This document shows, piece by piece, positions 17,396 to 30,490 of a DNA stretch of 64,000 nucleotides (positions are counted from its first letter, which is position 1; each line of letters starts with the position of its first letter). Location of the stretch: assembly GCF_058153355.1 (NCBI RefSeq), contig NZ_CM177019.1. One strand, given 5' to 3'. Position numbers and translations under genes: made by a program. The notes beneath the pieces are model-generated. The model was not told the origin of the DNA and did not search any database. It saw nothing but the letters and a program-made list of their open reading frames with translations.

Positions 17396-17878
17396 TTAAC
17401 GGTGCGCGTTTTTCATGATACGCGCTTTATCCACCTGCCATTCGCGTTCTTTGATGTCTGAACGTTTATCGTGCTGTTTCTTACCTTTAGCGACGCCGAT
17501 TTTCACTTTGCACCAGGCATTTTTCCAGTACAGGGAGAGCGCCACTACGGTATAGCCTTCTCGATTGACGCGACCGTACAATGAGTCCAGTTCGCGCTGG
17601 TTGAGAAGTAACTTGCGGGTACGGGTAGGATCGCACACCACATGCGTGGATGCCACAGCCATTGGCGTGATGTTAGCGCCAAACAGAAATGCTTCTCCAT
17701 CACGTAGAAGGACGTAGCTGTCGCTGATATTGGCTTTTCCTGCGCGCAGGGATTTAACCTCCCAGCCTTGCAGGGCAAGTCCCGCTTCGAACTCTTCTTC
17801 GATAAAGTATTCGTGACGGGCGCGCTTGTTAAGCGCGATGGTCGCTGAACCAGGTTTATGTGCTTTTTTCTTCGTCAT
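17396..17878 (-). CDS. smpB: SsrA-binding protein SmpB
   Basis: 160-aa translation [25 protein letters not shown]... Confidence 0.9.
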
Positions 17879-18009
17879 AAGCGTCGTGAATCATCGGTAA
17901 TCTGAAATCGAAAACACCCCATATCAATCCTGCGGGGGACAAGGCTCTATCTTAGCATGAACCCGATGTTACCCAGCGCCGGGATAGCGTTTTTTTTACA
18001 GCAGGATAA

Positions 18010-18486
18010 ATGATATTATTTGTTGGATTTTTGTTGATGGAAATTGTTATGCCTCAGATTAGCCGGACCGCACTGGTACCCTACAGCGCGGAGCAAATGT
18101 ATCAGTTAGTGAATGACGTTCAGTCTTATCCTCAGTTTTTGCCGGGTTGTACCGGAAGTCGGATTCTGGAGTCCACCCCTGGGCAGATGACCGCGGCGGT
18201 AGATGTCTCTAAGGCTGGGATCAGCAAAACGTTTACTACCCGCAACCAGTTGACCAGTAACCAAAGTATTCTTATGAATCTGGTGGATGGGCCGTTCAAG
18301 AAATTGATCGGTGGATGGAAGTTTACGCCGCTGAGCCAGGAGGCGTGTCGTATCGAGTTTCATCTCGACTTTGAGTTTACCAATAAGTTGATTGAACTCG
18401 CCTTTGGCCGCGTGTTTAAAGAGCTGGCGGCTAATATGGTCCAGGCTTTTACGGTTCGTGCGAAAGAGGTTTACAGTGCCAGGTAA
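18010..18486 (+). CDS. ratA: ribosome association toxin RatA (YfjG/PasT)
   Basis: 158-aa ORF; conserved synteny next to smpB. Confidence 0.8.
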   Translation: MILFVGFLLMEIVMPQISRTALVPYSAEQMYQLVNDVQSYPQFLPGCTGSRILESTPGQMTAAVDVSKAGISKTFTTRNQLTSNQSILMNLVDGPFKKLIGGWKFTPLSQEACRIEFHLDFEFTNKLIELAFGRVFKELAANMVQAFTVRAKEVYSAR

Positions 18487-18766
18487 AATTGCCGTTGAGG
18501 TGGCTTATGCTCTACCTGAGAAGCAGTACCTGCAGCGCGTGACGCTGCAGGAGGGCGCGACGGTTGAAGAAGCTATTCGCACCAGTGGCTTGCTGGAATT
18601 GCGTACCGATATCGATTTAACTAAAAACAAAGTCGGCATTTACAGCCGTCCGGCAAAACTGAGCGATACCGTGCATGATGGCGATCGGGTGGAGATTTAT
18701 CGTCCTCTCATTGCCGATCCGAAAGAGCTTCGCAGGCAACGAGCAGAAAAATCAGCGAATAAATAA
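18476..18766 (+). CDS. ratB: RatB/YfjF family protein (GTG start; ORF track extends upstream to 18392)
   Basis: ~96-aa product from GTG at 18476 overlapping the ratA 3' end. Confidence 0.65.
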   Translation: MPGKIAVEVAYALPEKQYLQRVTLQEGATVEEAIRTSGLLELRTDIDLTKNKVGIYSRPAKLSDTVHDGDRVEIYRPLIADPKELRRQRAEKSANK

Positions 18767-18781
18767 CAGACAGAAAAAGGT

Positions 18782-18792
18782 GCTCATTGAGC
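18782..18792. repeat. IS4 target-site duplication, left copy (gctcattgagc)
   Basis: identical 11-mer at 20219..20229. Confidence 0.7.
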
Positions 18793-20218
18793 TAATGCCG
18801 ATCAGTTAAGGATCAGTTGACCGATCCAGTGGCTGTGTAAGAATCCGGAAACGCTCACTTGTTTCCGGATTTTTTTATGCACATTGGACAGGCTCTTGAT
18901 CTGGTATCCCGTTACGATTCTCTGCGTAACCCACTGACTTCTCTGGGGGATTACCTCGACCCCGAACTCATCTCTCGTTGCCTTGCCGAATCAGGTACTG
19001 TAACGCTACGCAAGCGCCGTCTTCCCCTCGAAATGATGGTCTGGTGTATTGTTGGCATGGCGCTTGAGCGTAAAGAACCTCTTCACCAGATTGTGAATCG
19101 CCTGGACATCATGCTGCCGGGCAATCGCCCCTTCGTTGCCCCCAGTGCCGTTATTCAGGCCCGCCAGCGCCTGGGAAGTGAGGCTGTCCGCCGCGTGTTC
19201 ACGAAAACAGCGCAGCTCTGGCATAACGCCACGCCGCATCCGCACTGGTGCGGCCTGACCCTGCTGGCCATCGATGGTGTGTTCTGGCGCACACCGGATA
19301 CACCAGAGAACGATGCAGCCTTCCCCCGCCAGACACATGCCGGGAACCCGGCGCTCTACCCGCAGGTCAAAATGGTCTGCCAGATGGAACTGACCAGCCA
19401 TCTGCTGACGGCTGCAGCCTTCGGCACGATGAAGAACAGCGAAAATGAGCTTGCTGAGCAACTTATAGAACAAACCGGCGATAACACTCTGACGTTAATG
19501 GATAAAGGTTATTACTCACTGGGACTGTTAAATGCCTGGAGCCTGGCGGGAGAACACCGCCACTGGATGATACCTCTCAGAAAGGGAGCGCAATATGAAG
19601 AGATCAGAAAACTGGGTAAAGGCGATCATCTGGTGAAGCTGAAAACCAGCCCGCAGGCACGAAAAAAGTGGCCGGGACTGGGAAATGAAGTGACAGCCCG
19701 CCTGCTGACCGTGACGCGCAAAGGAAAAGTCTGCCATCTGCTGACGTCGATGACGGACGCCATGCGCTTCCCCGGAGGAGAAATGGCGGATCTGTACAGT
19801 CATCGCTGGGAAATCGAACTGGGATACAGGGAGATAAAACAGACGATGCAACTGAGCAGGCTGACGCTGAGAAGTAAAAAGCCGGAGCTTGTGGAGCAAG
19901 AGCTGTGGGGTGTCTTACTGGCTTATAATCTGGTGAGATATCAGATGATTAAAATGGCGGAACATCTGAAAGGTTACTGGCCGAATCAACTGAGTTTCTC
20001 AGAATCATGCGGAATGGTGATGAGAATGCTGATGACATTGCAGGGCGCTTCACCGGGACGTATACCGGAGCTGATGCGCGATCTTGCAAGTATGGGACAA
20101 CTTGTGAAATTACCGACAGGAAGGGAAAGGGCCTTCCCGAGAGTGGTAAAGGAGAGGCCCTGGAAATACCCCACAGCCCCGAAAAAGAGCCAGTCAGTTG
20201 CTTAACTGACTGGCATTA
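18793..20218 (+). mobile_element. insertion sequence IS4, complete (1426 bp)
   Basis: terminal inverted repeats taatgccgatcagttaag (left) and cttaactgactggcatta (right); encodes full-length transposase. Confidence 0.88.
18877..20205 (+). CDS. insG: IS4 transposase InsG
   Basis: 442-aa product from ATG at 18877 ([14 protein letters not shown]...). Confidence 0.88.
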   Translation: MHIGQALDLVSRYDSLRNPLTSLGDYLDPELISRCLAESGTVTLRKRRLPLEMMVWCIVGMALERKEPLHQIVNRLDIMLPGNRPFVAPSAVIQARQRLGSEAVRRVFTKTAQLWHNATPHPHWCGLTLLAIDGVFWRTPDTPENDAAFPRQTHAGNPALYPQVKMVCQMELTSHLLTAAAFGTMKNSENELAEQLIEQTGDNTLTLMDKGYYSLGLLNAWSLAGEHRHWMIPLRKGAQYEEIRKLGKGDHLVKLKTSPQARKKWPGLGNEVTARLLTVTRKGKVCHLLTSMTDAMRFPGGEMADLYSHRWEIELGYREIKQTMQLSRLTLRSKKPELVEQELWGVLLAYNLVRYQMIKMAEHLKGYWPNQLSFSESCGMVMRMLMTLQGASPGRIPELMRDLASMGQLVKLPTGRERAFPRVVKERPWKYPTAPKKSQSVA

Positions 20219-20229
20219 GCTCATTGAGC
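20219..20229. repeat. IS4 target-site duplication, right copy (gctcattgagc)
   Basis: identical to 18782..18792. Confidence 0.7.
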
Positions 20230-20263
20230 ACCTTTTTTAACGTCTTTGAGAGCAACTTTATTA

Positions 20264-20605
20264 TTAGTTACCACTCAGCGCAGGTTTGTTATCAATGTTG
20301 GTCAACACCCCGCTACTGTTAAAGGTCAGCGTCAGCGTTTGCTGCGTTACACCTTCATGACCTGGTTGCTGGCGGAAGACATAGAACCAGGTATTCGTAC
20401 CAAATGGATCGGACATCAGCGGTGTACCCAATGCGTACGCAACTTGTTGTTGCGTCATGCCAACACGTATTTTGGATACGTCGTTAGCGGTCAGATAGTT
20501 CCCCTGGTTGATGTCAGGACGGTAAACCACTCGCTCCAGAGTGGAACAGCCTGCGGTCAACATCAATAGTACTGCTGCTGCAGCAGTCAGCGTTTTACAG
20601 CGCAT
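20264..20605 (-). CDS. bamE: outer membrane assembly lipoprotein BamE (SmpA)
   Basis: 113-aa ORF with lipobox LTAGCS. Confidence 0.9.
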
Positions 20606-20753
20606 AGTGATTTGATTCCTTTTCGGGCCCGAGCAGTACGTGGCTCATCTGTAATATGCCGATGATAATAGACCTTTCATCACTTTAAAACCTTTTGCTT
20701 TCCGGTCTTACGGCGTTTTGCTGTTTACTCTGACCGTGAAGCAGGAAAAAAGT

Positions 20754-22415
20754 TTACGCCGCAAGCAGTTCTTTCGCATTCGCCAGTGTGTTACGTGTGA
20801 CTTCACTGCCACCAAGCAGGCGCGCCAACTCTTGTAACCGCGCTTTTTTATCCAGGGATTGCATATGCGTTTCTGTCATCGCACCATCGGTTTCTTTGCT
20901 GACAAAATAGTGTTGATGACCACATCCCGCGACTTGTGGCAGGTGGGTAACACACATCACCTGAGTTGATTCGCCAAGTTGACGTAGCAGTTTGCCGACA
21001 ACTGCCGCTGTTGGGCCGCTAATCCCTACATCCACTTCATCAAAAATCAGTGCCGGGGTTTCCATTTTACGCGCGGTAATGACCTGGATTGCCAATGCGA
21101 TGCGGGACAACTCACCACCGGATGCGACTTTGGCAATAGGCTGCATTGGCTGACCTGGGTTGGTGGTTACCCGAAACTCAATACGATCAGCGCCGTCAGC
21201 GCCCAGGTGATGCTCGTCAAATTTAACATCGATCGTAAACTGCCCATGTGGCATAGAGAGTGCATGCATACTATCGGTGATCAGCTGTGCTAACTCATTT
21301 GCATAATGCTGGCGTTGCTGGTGTAACGCGCGCGCCGTTTCCAGTGCCTGCTGATGATGTTTCGTTACCGCCAGCGCGAGCGTTTCTTGTGAGTCGGCCT
21401 GATCGTCCAGTTGCTGCTGTTCTTCCAGTAGCGACTGGTAATACTGTGGCAATGCCTCAGGGCTGACGTGATGTTTACGTGCCAGCGAAATCTGTTTTGA
21501 GATACGCTGTTCAAGTTCAAACAGTCGGTTGGGATCGAGATCCAGACGATCGCAGTAGTGGCGCAGTTCGTCGCTGGCTTCAGCAATCTGGATGGTAGCT
21601 TCTTCCAGCATATCAAGTACGCCGGACAGTTTGCTGTCCATGCCAATCAATTCGCTCACCAGTTGTTTAGCCGTGTAAAGCTGACTTTGCAGGTTTGCGT
21701 CTTCACCGTCGGCCATTAATGCCAATGCATTCTGGCTGGTGGTCAGCAATTGACCGCTGTTCGCCAGACGTTTGTACTCTTCGTCGATTTGCTCAAACTC
21801 TCCGGGCTGAGGATTAAATTCGTTAAGTTCTTTTAATTGGTATTGCAGCAGCTCCGCACGAGCGGCGCGTTCCTGACTTAACTGTTGATGATGCGCGAGG
21901 TCGCGGCAGCTTTGATGCCACAACTGATAACGTGCGGTCATTTCCTGAAGCAGAGAGGTTTCATTAGCATAGCCATCAAGCAGGAATTTTTGGTGCTCGG
22001 GTTTGGTGAGTAATTGATGGGCGTGCTGACCATGGATCTGAATGAGCAACTGGCCCAGTTCGCGCAGTTGTGACAGTGGAACAGCTGTACCGTTGATAAA
22101 ACCACGAGAGCGACCATCGCTACTGATTACGCGACGAAGCAGGCATTCACGGCCATCTTCCAGTTGGTTTTCTTCCAGCCAGCGCAGTGCTGCGGGTGTA
22201 TCTTTCAGAGAAAAACGGGCGCACAGATCTGCGCGAGCAGCGCCGGTACGCACCATGTCGGCTTCAGCGCGACCGCCGAGACAAAGGCCCAGGGCATCTA
22301 TTGCAATAGATTTACCCGCGCCAGTCTCGCCGGTGATTACGGTCATGCCGCTGTGAAAATCAATCTCAAGCTCACGAACGATAGCAAAGTTGCTGATGGT
22401 CAGTTGTGCCAACAT
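20754..22415 (-). CDS. recN: DNA repair protein RecN
   Basis: 553-aa ORF; Walker A GETGAGKS; SMC-like coiled coil. Confidence 0.92.
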   Translation of the reverse strand: MLAQLTISNFAIVRELEIDFHSGMTVITGETGAGKSIAIDALGLCLGGRAEADMVRTGAARADLCARFSLKDTPAALRWLEENQLEDGRECLLRRVISSDGRSRGFINGTAVPLSQLRELGQLLIQIHGQHAHQLLTKPEHQKFLLDGYANETSLLQEMTARYQLWHQSCRDLAHHQQLSQERAARAELLQYQLKELNEFNPQPGEFEQIDEEYKRLANSGQLLTTSQNALALMADGEDANLQSQLYTAKQLVSELIGMDSKLSGVLDMLEEATIQIAEASDELRHYCDRLDLDPNRLFELEQRISKQISLARKHHVSPEALPQYYQSLLEEQQQLDDQADSQETLALAVTKHHQQALETARALHQQRQHYANELAQLITDSMHALSMPHGQFTIDVKFDEHHLGADGADRIEFRVTTNPGQPMQPIAKVASGGELSRIALAIQVITARKMETPALIFDEVDVGISGPTAAVVGKLLRQLGESTQVMCVTHLPQVAGCGHQHYFVSKETDGAMTETHMQSLDKKARLQELARLLGGSEVTRNTLANAKELLAA

Positions 22416-22500
22416 AGTTGTTTTCCTGTATGAAAAACCATTACTGTTATTGCGTACAGTATAAACTGGTTTTATATACAGTAAAGAGGCTGGCGTAAAA

Positions 22501-24096
<1,596 letters not shown>

Positions 24097-24150
24097 TTTC
24101 TGTTTTCGTCATAAGTCACGGCCCTGCATGCGAATGCCGGGCCGTTTTCG

Positions 24151-25413
24151 TTACTCCGCCACACTCTCACGCAGCGGTTTCACAGGAAAAACTTTTACCT
24201 GCTTAATCATATTGTCCTGTACATCGAGAATATCGATATCGTACTCGCCAATACGCACGCGAGTTCCTGCGACAGGAATCTCTTCCAGTGCCTCAAGAAT
24301 GACGCCATTAACCGTTCGTGCATCATCTTCCGGTAGATGCCAGTTAAAGGCTTTGTTGATTTCCCGCACGTTGGCAGTGCCATCGATAATCACCGAACCG
24401 TCGTTTTGCGGCGTGACCTCTTCGGCGAGCGTTGGCGACATCGACGTGGTGAAATCACCAACAATCTCTTCGAGAATATCTTCGACCGTCACCAGACCCT
24501 GAATATCTCCATACTCGTTGACGACCAGGCCGACTTTCTTTTTGTTGCGCTGAAACTTCACCAGCTGCGTGCTGAGCGGCGTACCTTCCGGGACAAAATA
24601 GATTTCGTCCGCGGCGCGTAGCATGGTTTCTTTGGTGAACTCTTTTTTCTCCGACATCAACCGCCAGGCTTCACGCACACGCAGCATACTGATGGCGTCG
24701 TCCAGCGAGTCACGGTAGAGCACGATGCGTCCGTGAGGTGAGTGGGAGAGTTGGCGGAGAATCGATTTCCAGTCATCGTTGATATCAATACCGATAATTT
24801 CACTGCGCGGCACCATGATGTCATCGACAGTCATTTTTTCCAGATCGAGTACCGACAACAGCATATCCTGATTGCGACGGGAAATTTGTGACCGCGATTC
24901 GTGCACAATGGTGCGTAATTCTTCTTTGCTTAAAGAGCCACTGACCATGATATCGGTTTTGATGCCCATCATGCGCATTAACATGCGGGTAATAGCGTTC
25001 AGCAACCAGACCAGCGGCATCATCAAAATTTGCAGCGGCGCCAGCAGAAAACTACTTGGATAGGCGACTTTTTCCGGGTACAGCGCGGCAATGGTTTTCG
25101 GCAATACTTCAGCAAAAACCAGTACGACAAAAGTTAGTACACCAGTCGCAATTGCCACGCCCGCATCCCCGTACAAACGCATCCCCACAATAGTACCGAG
25201 CGCGGAGGCAAGAATATTGACCAGGTTATTGCCGATTAACACCAGGCTTATCAGGCGGTCTGGCTTACGCAGCAATTTTTCGACACGTTTGGCCGAGCGA
25301 TTACCCTGTTTCGCCATATGCCGCAGACGATAGCGGTTGAGGGTCATCATTCCGGTTTCGGACCCGGAAAAATAGGCTGAAATGACCACCATGATGATCA
25401 GAATAATGATCAA
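24151..25413 (-). CDS. yfjD: UPF0053 inner membrane protein YfjD (CNNM/CBS-CorC family); start codon uncertain
   Basis: 420-aa ORF; membrane N-terminus, CBS pair, CorC C-terminus. Confidence 0.8.
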   Translation of the reverse strand: MIIILIIMVVISAYFSGSETGMMTLNRYRLRHMAKQGNRSAKRVEKLLRKPDRLISLVLIGNNLVNILASALGTIVGMRLYGDAGVAIATGVLTFVVLVFAEVLPKTIAALYPEKVAYPSSFLLAPLQILMMPLVWLLNAITRMLMRMMGIKTDIMVSGSLSKEELRTIVHESRSQISRRNQDMLLSVLDLEKMTVDDIMVPRSEIIGIDINDDWKSILRQLSHSPHGRIVLYRDSLDDAISMLRVREAWRLMSEKKEFTKETMLRAADEIYFVPEGTPLSTQLVKFQRNKKKVGLVVNEYGDIQGLVTVEDILEEIVGDFTTSMSPTLAEEVTPQNDGSVIIDGTANVREINKAFNWHLPEDDARTVNGVILEALEEIPVAGTRVRIGEYDIDILDVQDNMIKQVKVFPVKPLRESVAE

Positions 25414-25457
25414 CGTAGTAGTAGAAATGTGTTCCAGGGGAAACTCCTTTTCTGGGA

Positions 25458-26249
25458 TTAGCTGATTAACTGCTGGACAATTCGGCTACCGAAGTAGGCC
25501 AGTGTCAGAATGACCGCACCCGCAACGTTAAACCAGACGACGCGGCGTCCACGCCATCCTTCATGATAATGTCCCCACAGCAGCACAATATAGACAAACC
25601 ACGCCACGATAGAGAGCACGGCCTTGTCGATATTTTCCATGCTAAATAAGTTGTGCATGTAGAACAGACCAGTGCAAAGAGTGAGCGTTAACAGCACCAC
25701 GCCAATCTGCGTGATGTGGAACATTTTACGCTCAATACTCATCAACGGCGGCATTTCCTGGTTAAACGCCAGCTTCTTGTTCTTCAGTTGGTAATCAATC
25801 CACGCCAGTTGCAGCGCGTACAGGGCAGCGATAATCAGCGTGGCATAGGAAAAGAGCGATAAGCCAATGTGAACCAGCATCCCAGGCGTTGCTTCCAGAT
25901 GGGTGATGTATTCATTGGGCATAAAGGTTGCCAGCGCCAGGTTGATAAGCGCAAAGGCATAGACAATGGGTAGCAGTAACCAGCCACGATTGCGGGAAGC
26001 CACGATGGTCATTACCGTACAGATCATCAAACTGACCAGCGAACCAACGTTCAGTAAGCTGAGGTTTTGTCCGCTATCACCGTCGGGCAAGATGCGGGCT
26101 TCCAGAGCGATTGCGTGGCAGACCAGCGCGATGACCGCAGAAATAATAGCCATGCGCCGCCAGCCGCCGTTTTTTTGCAGCAGACCGGGAACAATCAGCG
26201 CAAGACTGACGGAGTAGGCGACAAGCGCGAGCAGAGCAAAAACGGGCAT
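25458..26249 (-). CDS. ypjD: inner membrane protein YpjD (CcmC/CcsA-like); ORF extends to 26324
   Basis: polytopic membrane ORF; start placed at MPVFALLALVAY... Confidence 0.75.
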   Translation of the reverse strand: MPVFALLALVAYSVSLALIVPGLLQKNGGWRRMAIISAVIALVCHAIALEARILPDGDSGQNLSLLNVGSLVSLMICTVMTIVASRNRGWLLLPIVYAFALINLALATFMPNEYITHLEATPGMLVHIGLSLFSYATLIIAALYALQLAWIDYQLKNKKLAFNQEMPPLMSIERKMFHITQIGVVLLTLTLCTGLFYMHNLFSMENIDKAVLSIVAWFVYIVLLWGHYHEGWRGRRVVWFNVAGAVILTLAYFGSRIVQQLIS

Positions 26250-26415
26250 AGTAATGTCGACAGTTTGAGCAATAAGAAAGAGAAGCAGTATAGCGTCAGG
26301 TGAACGCTGCTCCAACCGTTGCATAACAACAAAGACGCCTTCATGTTATACTGCGGCAAAATACTGATGATGTGTCGCGATTGCGGCCAACCGTTTCCAC
26401 CCCAGGCGAGAGACA

Positions 26416-27777
26416 ATGTTTGATAATTTAACCGATCGTTTGTCGCGCACGCTGCGCAATATCAGTGGCCGTGGACGCCTCACTGAAGACAACGTAAAAG
26501 ATACGCTGCGCGAAGTGCGCATGGCGCTGCTGGAGGCGGACGTCGCCCTGCCGGTAGTGCGTGAGTTTATCAATCGCGTAAAAGAGAAAGCGGTTGGTCA
26601 TGAAGTTAATAAGAGCCTGACGCCGGGGCAGGAGTTCGTCAAAATCGTCCGTAACGAACTGGTTGCGGCGATGGGCGAAGAGAACCAGACCCTGAACCTG
26701 GCTGCGCAACCGCCTGCGGTGGTGCTGATGGCGGGCCTGCAAGGTGCCGGTAAAACAACCAGCGTGGGTAAACTCGGTAAGTTCCTGCGTGAGAAGCACA
26801 AGAAAAAAGTGCTGGTGGTTTCTGCCGACGTTTATCGTCCGGCGGCAATCAAACAGCTGGAGACGCTGGCAGAGCAGGTGGGCGTTGATTTCTTCCCTTC
26901 TGATGTTGGTCAGAAGCCGGTAGATATCGTTAACGCGGCGCTGAAAGAAGCCAAACTGAAATTCTACGACGTGCTGCTGGTGGATACCGCCGGTCGTCTG
27001 CACGTTGACGAAGCGATGATGGACGAGATCAAACAGGTCCATGCATCGATTAATCCGGTTGAAACCCTGTTTGTGGTTGATGCCATGACTGGTCAGGATG
27101 CGGCCAATACGGCAAAAGCATTCAATGAAGCGTTACCGCTGACCGGTGTGGTACTGACTAAAGTCGACGGCGATGCTCGTGGCGGTGCGGCGCTCTCGAT
27201 TCGTCACATCACTGGCAAACCGATCAAATTCCTCGGCGTTGGCGAGAAAACCGAGGCGCTGGAGCCGTTCCATCCGGACCGTATCGCTTCCCGTATTCTC
27301 GGCATGGGCGACGTACTGTCGCTGATCGAAGATATCGAAAGCAAAGTTGACCGCGCGCAGGCAGAGAAATTAGCCAGCAAGCTGAAAAAAGGCGACGGCT
27401 TCGATCTCAACGACTTCCTTGAGCAACTGCGCCAGATGAAAAATATGGGCGGCATGGCTAGCCTGATGGGCAAACTGCCGGGTATGGGGCAGATCCCGGA
27501 TAACGTCAAGTCGCAGATGGACGATAAAGTGCTGGTGCGTATGGAAGCCATCATCAACTCGATGACGATGAAAGAGCGCGCTAAGCCAGAAATCATCAAA
27601 GGTTCGCGTAAACGCCGTATCGCTGCCGGTTGCGGTATGCAGGTGCAGGACGTTAACCGTCTTCTGAAACAGTTCGACGACATGCAGCGCATGATGAAGA
27701 AAATGAAGAAGGGCGGGATGGCGAAGATGATGAGAAGTATGAAGGGGATGATGCCGCCGGGATTTCCTGGTCGCTAA
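26416..27777 (+). CDS. ffh: signal recognition particle protein Ffh
   Basis: 453-aa ORF; GLQGAGKTT P-loop; methionine-rich C-terminus. Confidence 0.93.
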   Translation: MFDNLTDRLSRTLRNISGRGRLTEDNVKDTLREVRMALLEADVALPVVREFINRVKEKAVGHEVNKSLTPGQEFVKIVRNELVAAMGEENQTLNLAAQPPAVVLMAGLQGAGKTTSVGKLGKFLREKHKKKVLVVSADVYRPAAIKQLETLAEQVGVDFFPSDVGQKPVDIVNAALKEAKLKFYDVLLVDTAGRLHVDEAMMDEIKQVHASINPVETLFVVDAMTGQDAANTAKAFNEALPLTGVVLTKVDGDARGGAALSIRHITGKPIKFLGVGEKTEALEPFHPDRIASRILGMGDVLSLIEDIESKVDRAQAEKLASKLKKGDGFDLNDFLEQLRQMKNMGGMASLMGKLPGMGQIPDNVKSQMDDKVLVRMEAIINSMTMKERAKPEIIKGSRKRRIAAGCGMQVQDVNRLLKQFDDMQRMMKKMKKGGMAKMMRSMKGMMPPGFPGR

Positions 27778-27835
27778 ATGACCTTATGCGACAGAGTTAT
27801 TAACTGCTGATTGCATTTTCTCCAGAAATCAGTAA

Positions 27836-28162
<327 letters not shown>

Positions 28163-28180
28163 TCTGTCACGGTGGTCATG

Positions 28181-28729
28181 ATGAGCAAACAACTCACCGC
28201 GCAAGCACCTGTTGATCCCATCGTTTTGGGAAAAATGGGTTCGTCTTACGGTATTCGTGGGTGGCTCAGAGTGTTTTCTTCCACCGAAGACGCCGAAAGC
28301 ATTTTTGACTATCAGCCTTGGTTTATCCAGAAGGCGGGTCAGTGGCAGCAAGTCCAGCTGGAAAGCTGGAAGCACCACAATCAGGACATGATCATCAAGC
28401 TGAAAGGCGTTGACGATCGTGATGCGGCGAACCTGCTGACGAATTGTGAAATTGTCGTGGATTCATCGCAGCTGCCTCAGCTTGAAGAGGGTGACTACTA
28501 CTGGAAAGACCTGATGGGCTGCCAGGTAGTAACCACTGAAGGCTACGATCTCGGTAAAGTCGTCGATATGATGGAAACCGGATCTAATGACGTTCTCGTC
28601 ATTAAGGCAAACCTGAAAGATGCGTTTGGTATCAAGGAACGTCTCGTACCGTTCCTCGATGGGCAGGTTATCAAGAAAGTCGATCTCACTACTCGTTCAA
28701 TCGAAGTAGATTGGGATCCTGGTTTTTAA
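28181..28729 (+). CDS. rimM: ribosome maturation factor RimM
   Basis: 182-aa product from [10 protein letters not shown]... Confidence 0.88.
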
Positions 28730-28759
28730 ACCACCGGATAAACGGTAAAAGACGGCGCT

Positions 28760-29527
28760 ATGTGGATTGGCATAATTAGCCTGTTTCCTGAAATGTTCCG
28801 CGCAATTACCGATTACGGGGTAACTGGCCGGGCAGTTAAAAATGGCCTGCTGAGCATCCAGAGCTGGAGTCCTCGTGACTTCACGCATGACCGGCACCGT
28901 ACCGTGGACGATCGTCCTTACGGCGGCGGACCGGGGATGTTAATGATGGTGCAACCTTTACGGGACGCCATTCATGCAGCAAAAGCCGCGGCGGGTGAAG
29001 GCGCAAAGGTGATTTATCTGTCACCGCAGGGGCGCAAGCTTGATCAAGCAGGCGTCAGCGAACTGGCAACGAATCAAAAATTGATTCTGGTGTGCGGTCG
29101 CTACGAAGGTATAGATGAGCGCGTGATCCAAACCGAAATTGACGAAGAATGGTCAATCGGCGATTACGTTCTCAGTGGTGGTGAGTTACCAGCAATGACG
29201 CTGATTGACTCTGTTTCCCGGTTTATTCCGGGAGTACTGGGACATGAAGCTTCGGCAACGGAAGATTCCTTTGCTGAAGGATTGCTGGATTGCCCGCACT
29301 ATACGCGGCCTGAGGTGTTAGAAGGGATGGAAGTTCCGTCAGTGTTACTGTCGGGCAACCATGCTGAGATACGTCGCTGGCGTTTGAAACAGTCGCTGGG
29401 CCGTACCTGGCTTAGAAGACCTGAACTTCTGGAAAACCTGGCTCTGACTGAAGAGCAAGCAAGGTTGCTGGCGGAGTTCAAAACGGAACACGCACAACAG
29501 CAACATAAACATGATGGGATGGCGTAA
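28760..29527 (+). CDS. trmD: tRNA (guanine37-N1)-methyltransferase TrmD
   Basis: 255-aa [16 protein letters not shown]... Confidence 0.92.
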   Translation: MWIGIISLFPEMFRAITDYGVTGRAVKNGLLSIQSWSPRDFTHDRHRTVDDRPYGGGPGMLMMVQPLRDAIHAAKAAAGEGAKVIYLSPQGRKLDQAGVSELATNQKLILVCGRYEGIDERVIQTEIDEEWSIGDYVLSGGELPAMTLIDSVSRFIPGVLGHEASATEDSFAEGLLDCPHYTRPEVLEGMEVPSVLLSGNHAEIRRWRLKQSLGRTWLRRPELLENLALTEEQARLLAEFKTEHAQQQHKHDGMA

Positions 29528-29565
29528 GCCCCCGAGATATCAGTTTACCCAGGATAAGAGATTAA

Positions 29566-29916
<351 letters not shown>

Positions 29917-29944
29917 GATTTCGCTTAAGCGACATCCTGTTAAG

Positions 29945-29976
29945 AAGGGCTGGCCAATTGGCTGGCCCTTTTTTTA
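29945..29976 (+). terminator. intrinsic terminator after rplS (GC hairpin then T7 run)
   Basis: agggctggccaattggctggccct followed by ttttttt. Confidence 0.45.
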
Positions 29977-29992
29977 TCTGTTTGATCGTGTT

Positions 29993-30475
29993 TTAAGGTG
30001 TAGTAATCACCACTGCGACGCGGCGGTTCTCGGCTCTGCCCTGAGCGGTCTTGTTACTGGCGATGGGATATTTTTTTCCTAAACCCTGTGTGGTGAGGTT
30101 GCTGCGCGGAATTTGTCCACCTATAGCCCATGCATCGGCCACAACATTCGCCCGTTTCAATGATAAGGCTTCGTTGTAACTGTCTTCACCATAGTTGTCG
30201 GTGTGTCCATCCATACGGGCATGCGTTAGCCCTGTCGAGGCCAATTTGGCTGCCATGGTTTGGATCTGTTGCTGGCTTTCCGGGAGCAATTTGTAGTCAT
30301 TTTTTGCGAACAGAATGGCATCTGATAATCCCAGCGACCAGTCGCCGGCGGATTCAGTAAATCCATAAGATTGCATAGCGGCAACTTGCTCAGGAGTAAA
30401 CTTTCCCTGAGGGAACTGGCAGCCAGTCAGTACTAGCGAGGTGAAAATCAGGGGTGCTACCAGGTGCTTTATCAT
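29993..30475 (-). CDS. yfiB: OmpA-family lipoprotein YfiB
   Basis: 160-aa ORF with lipobox LTGC and OmpA-like C-terminus. Confidence 0.85.
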   Translation of the reverse strand: MIKHLVAPLIFTSLVLTGCQFPQGKFTPEQVAAMQSYGFTESAGDWSLGLSDAILFAKNDYKLLPESQQQIQTMAAKLASTGLTHARMDGHTDNYGEDSYNEALSLKRANVVADAWAIGGQIPRSNLTTQGLGKKYPIASNKTAQGRAENRRVAVVITTP

Positions 30476-30490
30476 ATCGATATATCCTTG

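Noticed and set aside
18392-18475. Upstream extension of the ratB ORF into ratA
   Set aside because: It overlaps the ratA 3' coding region in another frame; the conserved RatB product begins at the GTG at 18476
19006-20219. Small ORFs inside IS4 on both strands (19006..19473, 19528..19899, 20007..20219)
   Set aside because: Internal to the insG coding region; not known IS4 genes
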